In this document: positions 38,800 to 52,235 of the stretch, piece after piece
Numbering within the stretch: the stretch's first letter is position 1
Layout of the letters: each line of letters opens with the position of its first letter
Source of the DNA: Lama glama
Lineage: Eukaryota
Direction of reading: 5' to 3'
Length of the DNA stretch: 64,000 nucleotides
Assembly (NCBI GenBank): GCA_028534125.1
Contig: CM052816.1
Span: forward strand, 54,810,001 to 54,874,000
The notes under the pieces: model-generated
Told to the model about the DNA's origin: nothing
What the model saw: only the letters and a program-made list of their open reading frames with translations
Databases searched by the model: none
Made by a program: the position numbers and the translations under genes

Positions 38800-39308
38800 C
38801 ACTGGGAAGGAAAAAAGGCAAATAAAATGGTATTGGCTGTACAGATTTGTGAGTATACTCCAAACATCTGACTGGCACAGCTTAAAAGAGTAAATTTCAT
38901 GGTATGTGAATTATACCTCAATAAGAAAATCAACTGTATTTCCCTGTTAGCAAAACAAAAACAAAAACAAAAACATAAACAAAAACAAAAAAACAAAAAA
39001 CAACCAACTCCAAAATGAAATTCAGAAAACAGTATTTACAATGGCATCAAAAACCGTAAAACACTTAGGAAGAAATTCAACTAATGAAATGCAAACTCTA
39101 TACACTGAAAACTACAAAACATTGTTGAGAGAATTAAAGAAGACCTAATTATAAGGAAAGACATACCATGTACATGGATCAGAAGACTGAACACTGCGGG
39201 GTAGGGTAGAGCTCAGTGGTAGAGCTAAGATGGCAGTATGCCTCAAATTGAGCTAAAGAGTCAATACAATCCTTAGCAAAGTCCCAGCTGACTTAAAAAA
39301 AAAAAAAG
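38800..39308 (+). mobile_element. L1 fragments (3' end plus ORF2 piece) with a (CAAAAA)n tract and a 30-bp SINE head at about 39197-39226
   Basis: ctgaaaactacaaaacattgttgagagaattaaagaagaccta ORF2 motif. Confidence 0.75.
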
Positions 39309-40233
39309 AATCTAAAGTATCTCTCTGGTTTCTGAATTGGGTATCTAGGGACAGTTTTACTCCACTGACCAAAACAGGGCACATGGGAAGAAAAGGAGAC
39401 AAATTTAGGGAAGAGAAGATAAACTAAGTTTCAGCCAGGATGGATTTGAAATCATGACGGGTTGTCTCTAGGAAGTCGCCCCCTGCATTAGCACAGGTAT
39501 ACAATTCTTTACTCATAAAGGAAGAGATGTGAGGGAGTAAACAGGGCCTTGAGGGTGACCAGATGCCAAGTAAGAGAGAATGGCCGGTAGCCTTGTTTGC
39601 TTCCATTAACAGGAAATCTGCTGGCTTGAGGGGTGGAATTCCCAAGTTAGAAATACATCAGACTAATTTAAAAATAAATACATAGGGTACTTTTGGACAA
39701 ATTTCCAGTTGAACTAAAAAAAGATTTTTTTTCTTTCATTCCACTTCTAAGGCTCTATACTGCCAAAGCAGTTTCTTAAAGATGAAAAATACTATGTAAA
39801 TGACCTATGATACAAACACACATCAGCCTAGCAGTCAGGAGACACTTTGATCCCTGACACTAGGACATAGCAAGAGCTCAATAAAAATCTATTAAAGAAA
39901 TGATGGCTTGTCTCTGCCAAAAATTCATCCTTTTGGGTTTGTTATTTTCTCCCTCTGTCCAAAATCTCATAAATGTAAGTTTCTAAGTCTGAAAAAGGGG
40001 GGGGGGTGCAGGAGTTTAAACTCATAATCTAAAAGATACTCTATAGAGCTAACATTTCATGATCTGCCATTGGATTGAATACTTGCCAAGATTATTGAGC
40101 TAATCCCTCGGAGGCCAATTCACGGCACTTTATTTTGTATTTTCAAAATTATTCTTTACTCCTACTTAATATTTTACAATCATATATCATTTGTTTCAAA
40201 AAGGATTGAGAGAAATATTAGTGTAAAAATCAG

Positions 40234-40329
40234 GGGGAGGGTATAGCTCAGTGATAGAGTGTGTGCTTAGCATGCACAAGGTCTTGGGTTCAATTCCCAG
40301 TACCTCCGCTGAAAAAAATTTAAAAATTA
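40234..40329 (+). mobile_element. tRNA-derived SINE, short form
   Basis: ggggagggtatagctcagtg...gggttcaattcccagtacctcc; TSD aaaaatcag. Confidence 0.88.
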
Positions 40330-40639
40330 AAAAATCAGTTCGTATCACTGGAGGTATGGATCAACAGCAAGATCTACCGAAAGCACGGTGTTCTTTATTG
40401 TTGTATTTTCTCAAGTCTATGCCACCCACACAAAGCCACCAAGTGAATCATAGCTTTCAAAAAAACAAAAAAAGAAGAGAGACATCTAAAAAAATTTCCT
40501 TTGCCATAGAAGATAAAACATATTTCAGAAATGTTCATTTAAAAGCAATATTTGTCTTAAAATTAAGAAAATAAAATGCCACAGAAACCATCATATTCAA
40601 AATGATATTTAGTTGGTGTTAAATGATGAAGGAGCTTAC

Positions 40640-40807
40640 CACTTTCAGATTTTTGCTTTTTTGCCTTCGCAAGGGCATCATAGTACCTGTCAGCACATTC
40701 AGGGATTATGTCATTTGGATTATCAACGGCAGGCTTCAAAACAGACAAAATATCACTTTGTTTTTCCTTCTCCAAAAACTGATTAACATCAACGACCAGT
40801 GTAACCC
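40640..40807 (-). CDS. IQGAP2: IQGAP2 exon (probable 15): (W)VTLVVDVNQFLEKEKQSDILSVLK...KAKKQKSES
   Basis: cag acceptor, gtaagc donor; 168 nt; T+GG completes Trp across the junction. Confidence 0.95.
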
Positions 40808-43800
40808 CTGGGTAATGAGAAAGAAATGTTTCTGTTAATGGTTATCTTGTGCTCACCCTAGAGGCATACAAAGATATAAGTCAACCTTTTAGGAACGCAC
40901 TGGTATTAAACCTGTTGACCCTTTGAGAGTATGTACTACATATGCCCGAGACAGTCATCAAGTGTTCAGGTTGTGGGAAAAATGTATTTCCTCAGAAGTA
41001 TAGTTTATCCAAAATCGCATTATTTCCTGGTGACTCTTGCGTGGTATCAAGGCAGTAGGACTTGCCTACTACAGTGATCTGTGAAATGGGGTGGACACAC
41101 ACTGACAACAGATATGCAGCCCTTATGCAAGTCACTAATCAGTACTGGAAAACCAGCTTTACAAAGACATGTATTTATTTTAGAACAAGTGCAATGCTAT
41201 CTAAGCCATGGAAATGCTGGCATTCTCGTGTATAGTGCTAGTATACTTTGCAAGATTGTTGTTAGCAACCCAAACGAATGTTCTAGAAAGACAAGAGGCA
41301 CAGCTGGTGGAAATGTGCAGTGGAGTCCAGAAACTTCATTCTGGAGCCAATTTAGACACAGAAAGCATGTTATCCTATTTCAGATCTCTGCGTCTCCTCA
41401 TAAATAAAACCGCATTGGACTCTTGGTTGCCTGTGGTCAATTCTTTATTATCTACTTTTCCAGGTAAGAATATTCTGGCCCAACCAATGGAACCTACTGT
41501 CTTCACAACCTGTAAATGTACTGAGTTCAAAAGGTAGAACAAAAAAATGGAAGAAACCAGGTTAAAGTACTTTTGAGATGAAAAAAAATCTCGATGAAGA
41601 GAGATGGGTATTTTTCTTTCTTTTTTTTTTTTGAACAGACACGTCATACTCTACCATACAAATGCTAAATAGTATATTATTATCATCCAATTATGTTCAC
41701 ACGTGCATAGAACTGTGAAGGCTGACGTGTTAAGTAAAAGAGAGTTTGACTTTCAACAGCCATGAGCCCAAGTCATGTAAATCTGGAGGATCACGTAAAG
41801 ACTTTCCGTGGCCAACTCCAGGTGCTGCTGAACAAGTTACAGTGGTAAGTTCTTTCATTTATAGAAGTTACTAGGAATGAGTGAGCTGCCCCCCTTTTCC
41901 TCTTCTCAAGGACAGCTTTGCAGAGTCAGAAAAATGCAGTACTGACGTTTGAGAAGTCTGTGGTCTGAGAGAAGTGGAAGAACATGCAAACGACAAAGAA
42001 TTCTCACATCAATTACCTCTGATAGCTTCATCTAACCCAGTGAAATGCTATTTTCCTTAAAACATGGGTATTATAAAAGCATGCGTTTCTTGCAAACGTA
42101 TGTGTCAATGTGCAAGGAGTGGGTCCATGGGTTAATTTTCCAGATAGCTGAAGTTTTACTCCTTTATGTACCAGCCTTCATCTTAATAGAATCACGTTCC
42201 AGGAAAATCTAAAGCCCTGGAAAGACCCCTAACAGAACAGTTTACATCCTACTCATTTTACCCACAGTCCCTGGTACGTAATAGATGCTTAATGTTTGCT
42301 GAGAGCTGCCAGAAGAGTCCTTCACGTCATGAAAATTATACTGTGCTCTAAGACAGTGAGTGATCATTTAAGGACTATGGAGGTGTTTGGGCTACTTGGC
42401 TCCTGCACTAAATGGCCTCAAATTCCTCTTTTTAGTTTTCCTCTAATGTTATTGTCAGCTACCAATTCTTGCTCCTGTTTGAGTGCCTGGATGGGGAAGC
42501 CCAAACATCTAACTTCTTGCTAAATCATAGATTCTGATGGACTCTGAGTTGGGAAGAGACACAACCAGCAGATTAGCCTTATGCCTAAAACAAGAATAAA
42601 GAGCCTCAAAGCATCTGTCCAAGAGGTCTCCAATGAGCTGAGAAAATCAGTTCCAGTGGACAGGCTTTGAGACATCTATTTTGATGGCTTTTCTGCCTAA
42701 TCTGTGGGTTGTGATTAAGTTCCAGACAATTGAGGATGTCAGATAAATGATATCCAGAAAGTTTCTGCTAAGGAACAAATTAAGAAACCTACCCCAAATC
42801 TCCTAAGAGGCCCTGCAAAATGTATGCTTTACATCTTAATCCACATACCAGCAGGGTTTCTCTAAGGCACGCATTCTCTAAAGAGGTGACATAAGCCCCA
42901 GTAGGGCAAAACCTGGTTCTCAGGAGGAGAGAGTAAAAAAATCTTTCTGCGTATAAAAGCTCAGATCTACACATGGCACATAAACTGGTACACGATATAT
43001 CTGTGGTATTAAGATTTCATGGTGAAGATCAATTAGGGGAAAAAAACGAAAAGATTCCTCACGGTGCAATAGTGAAAAAAGGTTGAAATACATTGCTCTA
43101 AGGAGTCAACTGTGGAGACAAACCTACTTTAAGAAAGCAAGATGCTTCAGTGAAAATGGACATTGGGCCAAAATGAAGGAGTCTTGAGTTACTCTGCCCT
43201 TCTAAATCTTGCCTCTAGTAAAATATATGAGCCAACACATTTTCTTTTATCAACTTATCTGGGAGTGGGTTTGATACTTGCAACATGTGACCAGAATCTA
43301 TTTTCAAGTCTTCATACAAAGGATGAAGAATGCTTTCAAAAGGAAGATTAAATTCCTTGTTGCAAAAACTGGAAGAGTCTCATCTCAGTTTAAGAATATA
43401 GGGTTTTACCTTTAGAGCATCTTTTTGTTGTTATATATCATAGAAGACAGTGTGTCAACTCTTTCCAGGGAGAGGACAAAGGTAGAAGAAAGGATCTTTA
43501 ATGTGCAAGTGTGGAGTACAAAATCACATATATTTGAAAAAATCTCTTATATTCACAGTAAATAGAACCATGAGTCTCAACACAATCAACTTAACATTCA
43601 CAGGCCAAATATGGAAAGAACACAGAATAAAAGGAATAAAATAACATCTAAACTGGTTTGAGCTCTAAGAGAAAAAGTTGTAAACATTTTAGGCTATTCA
43701 AGTGTCTATATTACAATCTAATTTCTTAAAAGAGTTTCTTCAAACTATGGCTGTCTTCAGTTTTACATATAAATTTAAATCTCTTGTGCACACAGCTCAA

Positions 43801-44214
43801 TTTTATTTTATTTTTTCTTAAGGATTAGAATGTTACAACAGAAAGACTTCAAAAATCCTAAGGGTATAAAAAATCAGGTTGGAGAAATACACATATTTTT
43901 CCAGGCTAAGGAAATCAAAACCAGATGTTCCTCACAGATGCCTGCAATGTTTAAAAGCACAACTTTGGAGCAAGACTAGGCATCTCAACAGCATTCTATG
44001 ACCTGATACAACAGGATCGATTCTAATGACATCATGAATGGACAGGTTAATGAACTATGCTTTTAGGAATCTTGTTTTAATTTATGTAGGTTATTTCTAC
44101 ATGTAGGGTGTTAGCATATCAATCTTGAAGGTATTTTAGATTGCCCTGGGAAGTTTCTTATTATTCCTCTATGAAAACAGATGCTTAAAAAAAAAAAAAA
44201 AACAGAACTATTTC

Positions 44215-44905
44215 AGCCAACGTGGGGATTCTGCCAATTGCTGAGTGTGTCTATTCCATTTATGGGTTCTGGACCTGGGGAAATAATCTTAGGGTGAGTT
44301 TGAGGACCCACTAGACCTACGGTGGGATGGATCTGAGCAATACCTCATTGATTGCCTGATCTTCATAAGCCCCCACTCTGACTGGTGGACCACAGAGTTT
44401 TGGGTCTCCTGGAACTAGTGTCAGTTCAGAGCCAGTGCCCAGTAATCTCTGAAAAGTCAGATTATGTCCTTTCCCCCAAGCACAGTCACCAGAGCAAACA
44501 GTCACAGGTCTCTTTGGGGGAAGCCTGGGAGAAAGATGAAGAGTGTAAATGTCGGTCATGTAGCAGAGTCCTATCCCAGTGGGACTCAGCTCAGCGCCCT
44601 CTTCATTTAAGGGGTTCTGGGTCTGCAAACAGCTGAAGTCTGGGAATTGATGGAGGGGCCATAATTTTCTGTTCTTTATGATTCAAGATATACTTCTATT
44701 CACTTGACCTCAAACTCTTCTTCCGTGTGTATAAATCAAGTAACAATTTAGTAGACTATTTATTTCACTTCTAGGAAAATCAGGATCAATCAGCAAATTT
44801 CACAGGACTCTGTGAGTCAGATTATTCTGATAACTGCTTTGACTCTGCTGTCCATTACAGGAACCATACCCACTTGTCTTTGGTGATTAAGTGCTGCCAC
44901 CTGCC
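44215..44905 (-). mobile_element. ERV-L internal fragment (gag/protease region), decayed
   Basis: ORF 44317-44628 WGKGHNLTFQRLLGTGSELTLVPGDPK.CGPPVRVGAY resembles the HERV-L protease LLDTGSELTLIPGDPK. Confidence 0.85.
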
Positions 44906-45190
44906 CTCCACCAGCCTGCCCTACAGACTTTGGACTTGCTAGCCTCTCCACAATTGAATGAGTCAATTCCTTAAAATAAATCTTCACCTTTCTTTTTTCA
45001 TATATATGTGTGTATAGATAGATACTACATATGGTCTATATTTTCCAGAGAAACAGAAAATACATACATACATACATATATATATATATATACACACACA
45101 CATAAAGCTACATATGTAATTCCGGTTTTTTTTTTTAAGAGAAAAATATGTATGTAGTTCTTTTTCTCTGGAAAACTCTGACTATCATAA
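44905..45190 (+). mobile_element. MLT2 (ERV-L) LTR 3' part with internal TA/CA microsatellite
   Basis: gcctgccctacagactttggacttgc...ccttaaaataaatc...tctctggaaaactctgacta. Confidence 0.8.
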
Positions 45191-45422
45191 TGGAAGGCAC
45201 AGAGGAGAACACAGGCATTTATTAAGCAGAATAATCTAGTTTTCTAAGAATCAAGACAAAAAAACGATCAAATTATACATTAAGAGTTTGGAAATTATTT
45301 TTTGCTTTCTGGATTTTGTTCAGCAATCATCTTGATTTTGAGATCTCAGCAAAAATCTCAGATTTTTGAACTGCAAAAAGTAGTGAAACTAGTAAATCTA
45401 ATTTTTGTATAAATATGCATTA

Positions 45423-45625
45423 AAAAACAAGGTCATAGCGTATAGCACAGGGAACAACATTCAATATCTTATGATAACATAAACTGAAAAATATGAAAAG
45501 GAATATATATATATATATATTCATGTGTGTGTGTGTATAAAACTGAATCACTATGCTTTACATCAGAAACTAACACAAGATTGTAAACTGAATATACTTC
45601 AATAAAATTAAATAAATAAATAAAA
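45423..45625 (+). mobile_element. Short L1 3' end fragment
   Basis: tatagcacagggaac motif and (AAAT)n tail. Confidence 0.8.
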
Positions 45626-45801
45626 AGCAAAATGGAAAAAATATGCATTCAAGAAGTAAAGTTGGTAAGAGGGTCCCTATCTTTTCAGAAGTTGAAAACT
45701 GCATACTTTTCAAAGGTTATGAATTCAAATAAATATTCAGACATAACCAGACACAAGCAAGGCAAGTTGGAGCACAGCCAGCAAGGGGGGCAGGGGCTTA
45801 C

Positions 45802-45892
45802 ATTGTTTTGCTTTGTCCTTGTCCTTGTTGGCCTCATTGACCGCATGTTGTATCTCATCCAGCCAAAGAATTTTAGAAGCACTTTGAGGGTC
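45802..45892 (-). CDS. IQGAP2: IQGAP2 exon (probable 14): DPQSASKILWLDEIQHAVNEANKDKDKAKQ
   Basis: ttctcag acceptor, gtaagc donor; 91 nt, phase 0 to 1; read manually because the ORF track shows another frame. Confidence 0.95.
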
Positions 45893-46044
45893 CTGAGAAT
45901 ATTGTCATGAAATAAGAGAAAAAATAGTGAATGATGACAAAACAAAATTGATAACTGCTTTTCAGCAGCCATTTTACTATAATTTTCCCAAACTCTTATC
46001 AGCAACTACCAAGCACCGTCACATATAGAACAAGCTACTGATGA

Positions 46045-46570
46045 AACAGACTCTAAGTCGGACCACTTCTCCCTTCTCCAGCGCCACCCCATCAGTCCAG
46101 CCCACCAGCGTCTCTCACTAGACAGCTGCATCCAGCTCCTATTTCCTTTTGTTGCTTCCAAGTTTGCCTCCTACCATGGTGGTCCTCTAAGAGAACCAGG
46201 TGATCTCTTCAAGATGGACATCTCATCACATCACTCCTTGGCTTCAACTCCTTCAAAGGTTTTCCCCTAGAGTTGGAAGGAAACAACACTCCCTTCCCAT
46301 GGACTGTGGGGATCCAATGATCTAGCCCTGTTGAGCCTTCTGCCTTTACCTCAGTCTTTTGCACTCCCTGTCCCAGACCTTCACACCAGCCTCCTTCAGA
46401 TCAAAACATTCTACCTGAGCTGTGTGGCCGCTATTTTTTTTCTTTTGTCACCTCCTCCAAAAAAAGCCTTCCCTGCTACCCTGGTCAATCAAATACTCTC
46501 TCCCCCAACCACTCAGTAATTGTGGTTCCCAGGATGGCCCAGTGTTCCGCAGAATACTTTCAACCTGTGG
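46045..46570. mobile_element. L2 fragment
   Basis: Pyrimidine-rich L2 motifs (ccacttctc..catcactcc.tggcttcaactccttcaa); similar tracts at about 12250-13100, 51700-52230 and 54950-55480. Confidence 0.55.
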
Positions 46571-48899
46571 GAAACAACGCTACTTGACATGGATTAGACA
46601 CTGGGACGAAAATAAAAACAAAAACATCTGAACAGAAACATGGTGATTACCCTCAAGGAGCTAACATTTTATTAGAAGAGACAGATGCATTAAAACATAA
46701 TTATTATACAATGTGATCAGAGCAATATTAGTTGTAGATACATGATAGAAATAGCCAAAAAGGGATTAATTTACAGTTAGGGGTATTGAGTTGCAGGGGA
46801 AGAAAAGACTAGTTAAGGATAGCTTCAGAGAGGAAGTGATAGCAGCAATTAAAAGGTATTGAATTATCTTTACTATTTTTGACTTTTGGGTTGATTCTGA
46901 TAATCTTACTCCAAATGTGGTACTGGCATATACTGTAATTAAAAAGGACTTCCAGACAACCCCATTTCATATAAACTTGCCTCAGATTATAAGTAGAATT
47001 TTTAACAGTAGAAATTCAGTATTTTTAGAGAAGATGAAATAGTCCATTAAAAAAAGGAAACATTCACATATTTGTATGAATAAGTGTCATGTACTATAGC
47101 CCAAAGCAAGACTATGATGAACAGAAGGTAGGTTACTGGAGCCCTGGAGAATCAGCTCCATCATTTACGACTCAAGATGGATGGGGGGCAGGAAGGAGAA
47201 ACAGCACTCCCCAGCTTCTCCGGCAGGCTTCAACCGTATTTCCCTCAGAGCCTATCAGGAGATGATATACAAAAAAGGCTCTGAAAATGAGATAAAATAT
47301 CTGTTATTTCTTCCTGTAAACTCTGGGCTCACAGAGACCATTGGGGAAGGCTTGGCTCCTGCTTCCACAATCACCTCTAGCTAGATCTGCCACATGGGAA
47401 CCACCAGCTGTTAGCACGATTCTCCATTTCTTGGGAGAACGAATACGGAAGGTTCAAAGAGGAAGCAAGATGGGAAACTGAAGACTAAAGGAGGAAAGAA
47501 GAGACAAGGGAGCAGGAAGTCTATTTCCTCTGTTCCTAAGCCAAAGAGAACCCAAATACTCCCCAAGGGACAGCCTAAAAACCACGCTCCACACAAGTTC
47601 ATGTCTGTCTGTCTCAGTTTTTTTGAAGAGTATATACCAGATTCCTTCATAACTTATCACTGGAGAAGATGCACCCTAGAAACTTTCACCCAGATGAGAA
47701 GGAAGTTACAATCCCACCTCAAAGCAGAAAGTATCCGTTTAGTAAGCCAAACCCAAGAGAGGCTTTGCAAATCAAATGAATTTAAGTCAAGAGTTTAAAT
47801 CATGACTCACTGAGCTGAAGGCTGCTAGAGGTATATGCCAAACCAAGGGTAAAAATCAAGTCCTACCAGTGTGTAAGGTCCCCCTTTCAACTGCTCTCTA
47901 AAAGCCTGGGAATAGTACATTTATGGGATGGCCACGGCTATACCGCCAACTAAACATGAATTACAAACAGGCCAAGGCAACGAACTAGGCCATCTGTAAA
48001 TCAAGTAAAAAATTCCTGAATTTAGATGTTTCCTTGAAAATTTTAACTGAAATAAGTACACTCTCTTCAGTATTTTGTGTTTTTTTTGGTTACTATTTCT
48101 ATAATGAAATAACATTCTATCTCAGTTTGTCCTACCATGTATTATTTGGCTGAAGTATTAGTGACTTTTGATTGTGAAACTCTTGGTGTGATGAAATTTA
48201 ATCAAGATGTGAAAAGTTCACACATCAATTCCTTCCAGCCTTATTTCTTATTCTTAAATCTTATGAAATTTGCATTTTCTGATTCTTGCTGCATTTTATA
48301 GTCAACAGGCTATTGGGTGTTCTGGCTTAGTGTTTGTTTTGTTAATTATAGGAAAATTTGTTACAATGCAGTTTTTTAAACTACATTATTAAATTATATT
48401 CTCCAGAATATAACTACTTTTAAAAGCTTATATGCTACACGACAAAGTGAATGTGCTTACCATTACTGAGTTGTACACTTAATAATAGATAACATAGTAA
48501 ATTTTATGTTATGTATATTTTGCTACAATTAAGAAAAAAAGCTTATGGTAAACCTGCTCACCAAAACCCATGGGATAAAGGGAATCACCTGCGTTTTAAT
48601 GTTGTTTTATGATGTTAGTTTAATCAAATAGTATTTTTTTTGCAGGAGCCCTTTTTATCTGACTCTATAGGATTGTTGAATGGCTCAGAATATATTGAGC
48701 TGTGGCAAAACAAAACACTATGAAATCAAGTTTTGGTCAAGCACTGACGACAAATTTAGACCAATGTGACACTGATAGAGAATATTCAACGTAATCAAGT
48801 GCTTAAAATAATTTTAACTTAAAAAAAAGTTTCCTTTCCATGATTCACTGAATCTACAATTATGTAATGAATTTAGGAATTAAGATTTGAAATAGCTGG

Positions 48900-49391
48900 G
48901 AGGATAAAGGGAAGGATAATTTCTGACAGCTCAGTTACTAAATAGAAATTATACTCTGGAACTTCATTTTTAAAATGGGTGAAAATGAGATACGGGACAG
49001 ACTCAAATCAAACCGCCGCTCAGCGTCTGTTCCCAGCTTATTTCTGTAAAGGACTATTCCGGGCATTCATCCAACACACGTAAATACAGTGGGTGGGAAT
49101 TACAGCGTCAACCCAGAATGGACTACGAGGGCTGGGTAAGAGTTAAGTGACTTTTTCCGGGGCTAATTTAACACGCTCAGAGGCTCAGCCTGAGTCATGC
49201 TCACTGAAACATGAGTGCTGTCACACCCTTTCCCTGCAGAGGACACAGGCAAGTTTCCTGTCTGCAGAGCACACAGGAGAACACACTTGTCCAGAGGGAA
49301 CCAGGTTTCCATTTGGTGCCAACACATGAACTGAGGTGAAACCGTACTTCCTAATTTTATACATTTGAGAAACAGGACTCAGATCATCAAG
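48900..49391 (+). promoter_or_regulatory. Probable F2RL2 proximal promoter and 5' UTR
   Basis: Position upstream of the ATG; AP-1 TGAGTCA at 49191-49197; TATA-like TAATTTAA at 49164-49171; GATAA motifs near 48903 and 48916; TSS not visible. Confidence 0.45.
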
Positions 49392-49455
49392 ATGAAAGCT
49401 GTCATCTTCGCAGCAGTTGGAACACTGCTCCTGTCGCGCGCTTCTTTTCAAAGCG
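49392..49455 (+). CDS. F2RL2: F2RL2 (PAR3) coding exon 1, signal peptide MKAVIFAAVGTLLLSRASFQS
   Basis: aagATGa start, 64 nt, G|gtaagc donor; phase 1 fits the exon 2 acceptor; resembles the PAR3 N-terminus. Confidence 0.93.
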
Positions 49456-49944
49456 GTAAGCTCTTGTCTCACGGGGAAGAATGGGGGTGCTGGTGTGTGT
49501 CACAGGAGTCACCTGAACATTTCACACAGACTGCACCCTAACAGGCAGAGCCTGATTCTAGTTATTAAAAGGTGGACTCCTGGAAGTGAACAGATATAGT
49601 TTGTCCATTCTGTTCAAATCTTGTCAGAGACGGAGTGTTCTCTGCTGGTATTTAAACATTTGTGGCAGAGTCAAGACTTCAGGGCTCTACAATTAGGCCA
49701 CGAATCCATTTTCTTTATAAGGTTTTGATTTTCTGAAAATTTCCTCTGATTTGGCCAAGATAACATTTTTTCAAGAGATTAAAAAACAATCCTCTGTTTA
49801 TACCTCCTGGTGAGGCACACATGGGGTAAACAAGAGTACTTCCCAAAAGACAGAGGAGTCTGCTTTCAATAGTAGTGATGCTAATGAATTAATAATTCCC
49901 CAAAGAACTATGTGTTTCCTGTCACTCAATAAAATGTTAGCCTG

Positions 49945-50041
49945 GGGGTAGGGGGGTGGTATAGCTCAAGTGGTAGAACACACGCCTAGCATGCACAAGG
50001 TCCTGGGTTCAATCCCCAGTACCTCCTCTTAAAAAAAAAAA
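49945..50041 (+). mobile_element. tRNA-derived SINE, short form, in the F2RL2 intron
   Basis: A/B boxes, poly(A); TSD gttagcctg at 49936-49944 and 50042-50050. Confidence 0.9.
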
Positions 50042-52235
50042 GTTAGCCTGTAACTTTGTGTTTGCTCCAAAATTAACCAATTTGGGACAGGGGTGTCCAC
50101 AAACTGGGGTTCTGCTCCAGCCAACTTTGTTAGGAGCTGGAGAGAAGGGACGAGAGAACAATGGATAGGGTGAGGGGACCAAAATTAAACAAAAAACAAC
50201 CTCTACACAGGAACGCTGTTTACACTGCTAGTTGGAATTGTGGAGGTGACACTACGAGTAGTGTAACTCATGTGGGATTTACCGATAGTATAAAAGAGTG
50301 CTCTTTCTGGGAGTGGATGAACCAAAATGAAGCAGAAAAGCAAAAGAAAAGAGGGTTGCGGAGGCAGTTCCTTTAAGGCACTGGTGGGGTCTGGGGAAGT
50401 GAAAAAGGTGGGGACGGGTTTAAAGGCGACAAAGTGAAAGGCGGTGAATTTGCTCTCTTTGAGAGGGTTTGGGGAGAAATGTGAACAAGAACCCATTGTC
50501 TAGGGGCTGAAGGCTGCACCCTCTGGATTAGTCCCTCTCCAAGGCCTTTTCCCAGGCTGGAAAACATTTCAGAAACATCATGTAAAATGGAACTCTGTAA
50601 AAAAAATTCAAATAAGTAAGTTTTATATATGTACATAAAACTTAACAATGAGTACTATTAGAGGAAAACCAGCCTCTAAGGAATAAAAGAGTTATTCAAG
50701 CTGACTCACATCCAGAATTCTCATGAAAATGGAAGCAAGCCTTGTTCACAGTCACTATGTAGCATGTTTGGAGGCATGATGTCTTGCTCAACCACTTGGA
50801 TTTTCGGAAAACTGACAAACATCTGGTTTCAACAGCTCTCTTATCAGATCTCGAAGGGAAATAGCATGTTCTTCAGTCGCTGTTTTCCAGCTTTGTGCCT
50901 GTCTGTAAAGGCACTTCTCTGGGTGATGTCAGATGCAAGAATTTTCCAAAATGCAAAAGTGAACAGAAGGATTTGTGTGGCTGAACTCAAATGTCACACA
51001 ACAAGCCTTCCAAGTTCACACTGAAACACAGGCACAGGGGAGTATCACTTCCCAGACTTTTCTTTCCTTTTCTTTAATCTTTCCTCCCTTAAACGACACT
51101 GCAACACCTCCTCATCCTGGCTTGTTCAGGCAACACTCTCCCTCTGTGTTACACCCCGAATTCAGCTTTGCAACTTCAAGGTTATGAGGGAGGCTTCGAT
51201 TTCACCTGGGGGCGAACTGGGAGAGGTTAAAGCAGGAAGAGAAACTGGCTTTGAATAGAAGAACCCTGCTACTAAACATTAACCTCAAGTATTCAACGTG
51301 TAGGAACTCAGAGGCCACACGGAAAGCCGTAACTGGCAGACGGCAGCATTTTAAATCCTTAACTACTGGGTTTGTATTCAAAGCAAAAGCCTATCTTAAG
51401 GTAACATTAGAAATTTGAGAGAATCTGCTTTCTCTCCACATCAAGGATTAATTTATGGAAAATTACGTAAAGATCAACAGGTTTGAGTATTAAGGTTTAC
51501 CCTGTTTTTGAAACTGATCTTTCAAGAATTAGGATTATTAGTGTCAACATGCCACGGAATGCCAAATACTTACGGTGTGTAGTTCTGATTCTATCCTTTT
51601 TAAAAAATTTCCAACTTATTAGATCACATTATTGGTTTCTTCTTCTGATTTTTCTTCCTTTGTCCCCTTTCCCCTTAAAATCTGGCATTTCCCCTCAAGC
51701 CTGTGTGTGAGTTCTTTGTCTCACATCTCTCCAAGGCCATTCAACTACTCCCACTAAATTAAACTCCGGTCTCTCCACAGACTAAAAAATCCCTACCTCT
51801 CGTTTGGGTTCCTGACATGCTGGTCTCCTTATTTAAGTCTTCTAACCTGTCGTGGGACATTTTACATACTAGTAGCTCACCAGCAATTCAAGCTCGGGAA
51901 CACTCAAAAGTGAGACCTTTAGCTTCTCCCTATGTGGCCCCCCCAACCCCCTGCCCCGTCCTCCTCTCCCCCAAGTCATCTAGAGTACAGCCTTCCAAGT
52001 CACTTTTGCTTCCTGTTTCTCCCGCACCGTCTCCATAGCCAGTTGGATGCCAGGTCCCTTTAAGTCTCCATTACAGAGTCTCATGTGTTTCTCTTCACCT
52101 CTCCACGGCCACTGCTCTAGCAACTTGAGTTTAAATGATTGTGGTAGCTTCCAAATCAGGTCCCCTTGCCTCTTAATTTCTTATCTTTTTAGTCTCTTCT
52201 CTATACCATCACCCAAGTCATCTCAAACACAAGTC

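Noticed and set aside
40234..40329. tRNA-like sequences as real tRNA genes
   Set aside because: Eleven diverged copies with A-rich tails and TSDs; these are SINEs
48550..48600. Minus-strand ATG and donor-like sites as an alternative IQGAP2 first exon head-to-head with F2RL2
   Set aside because: ATGGGTTTTG|gtgag is phase 1 while the next exon starts in phase 0; no supportable exon from sequence alone
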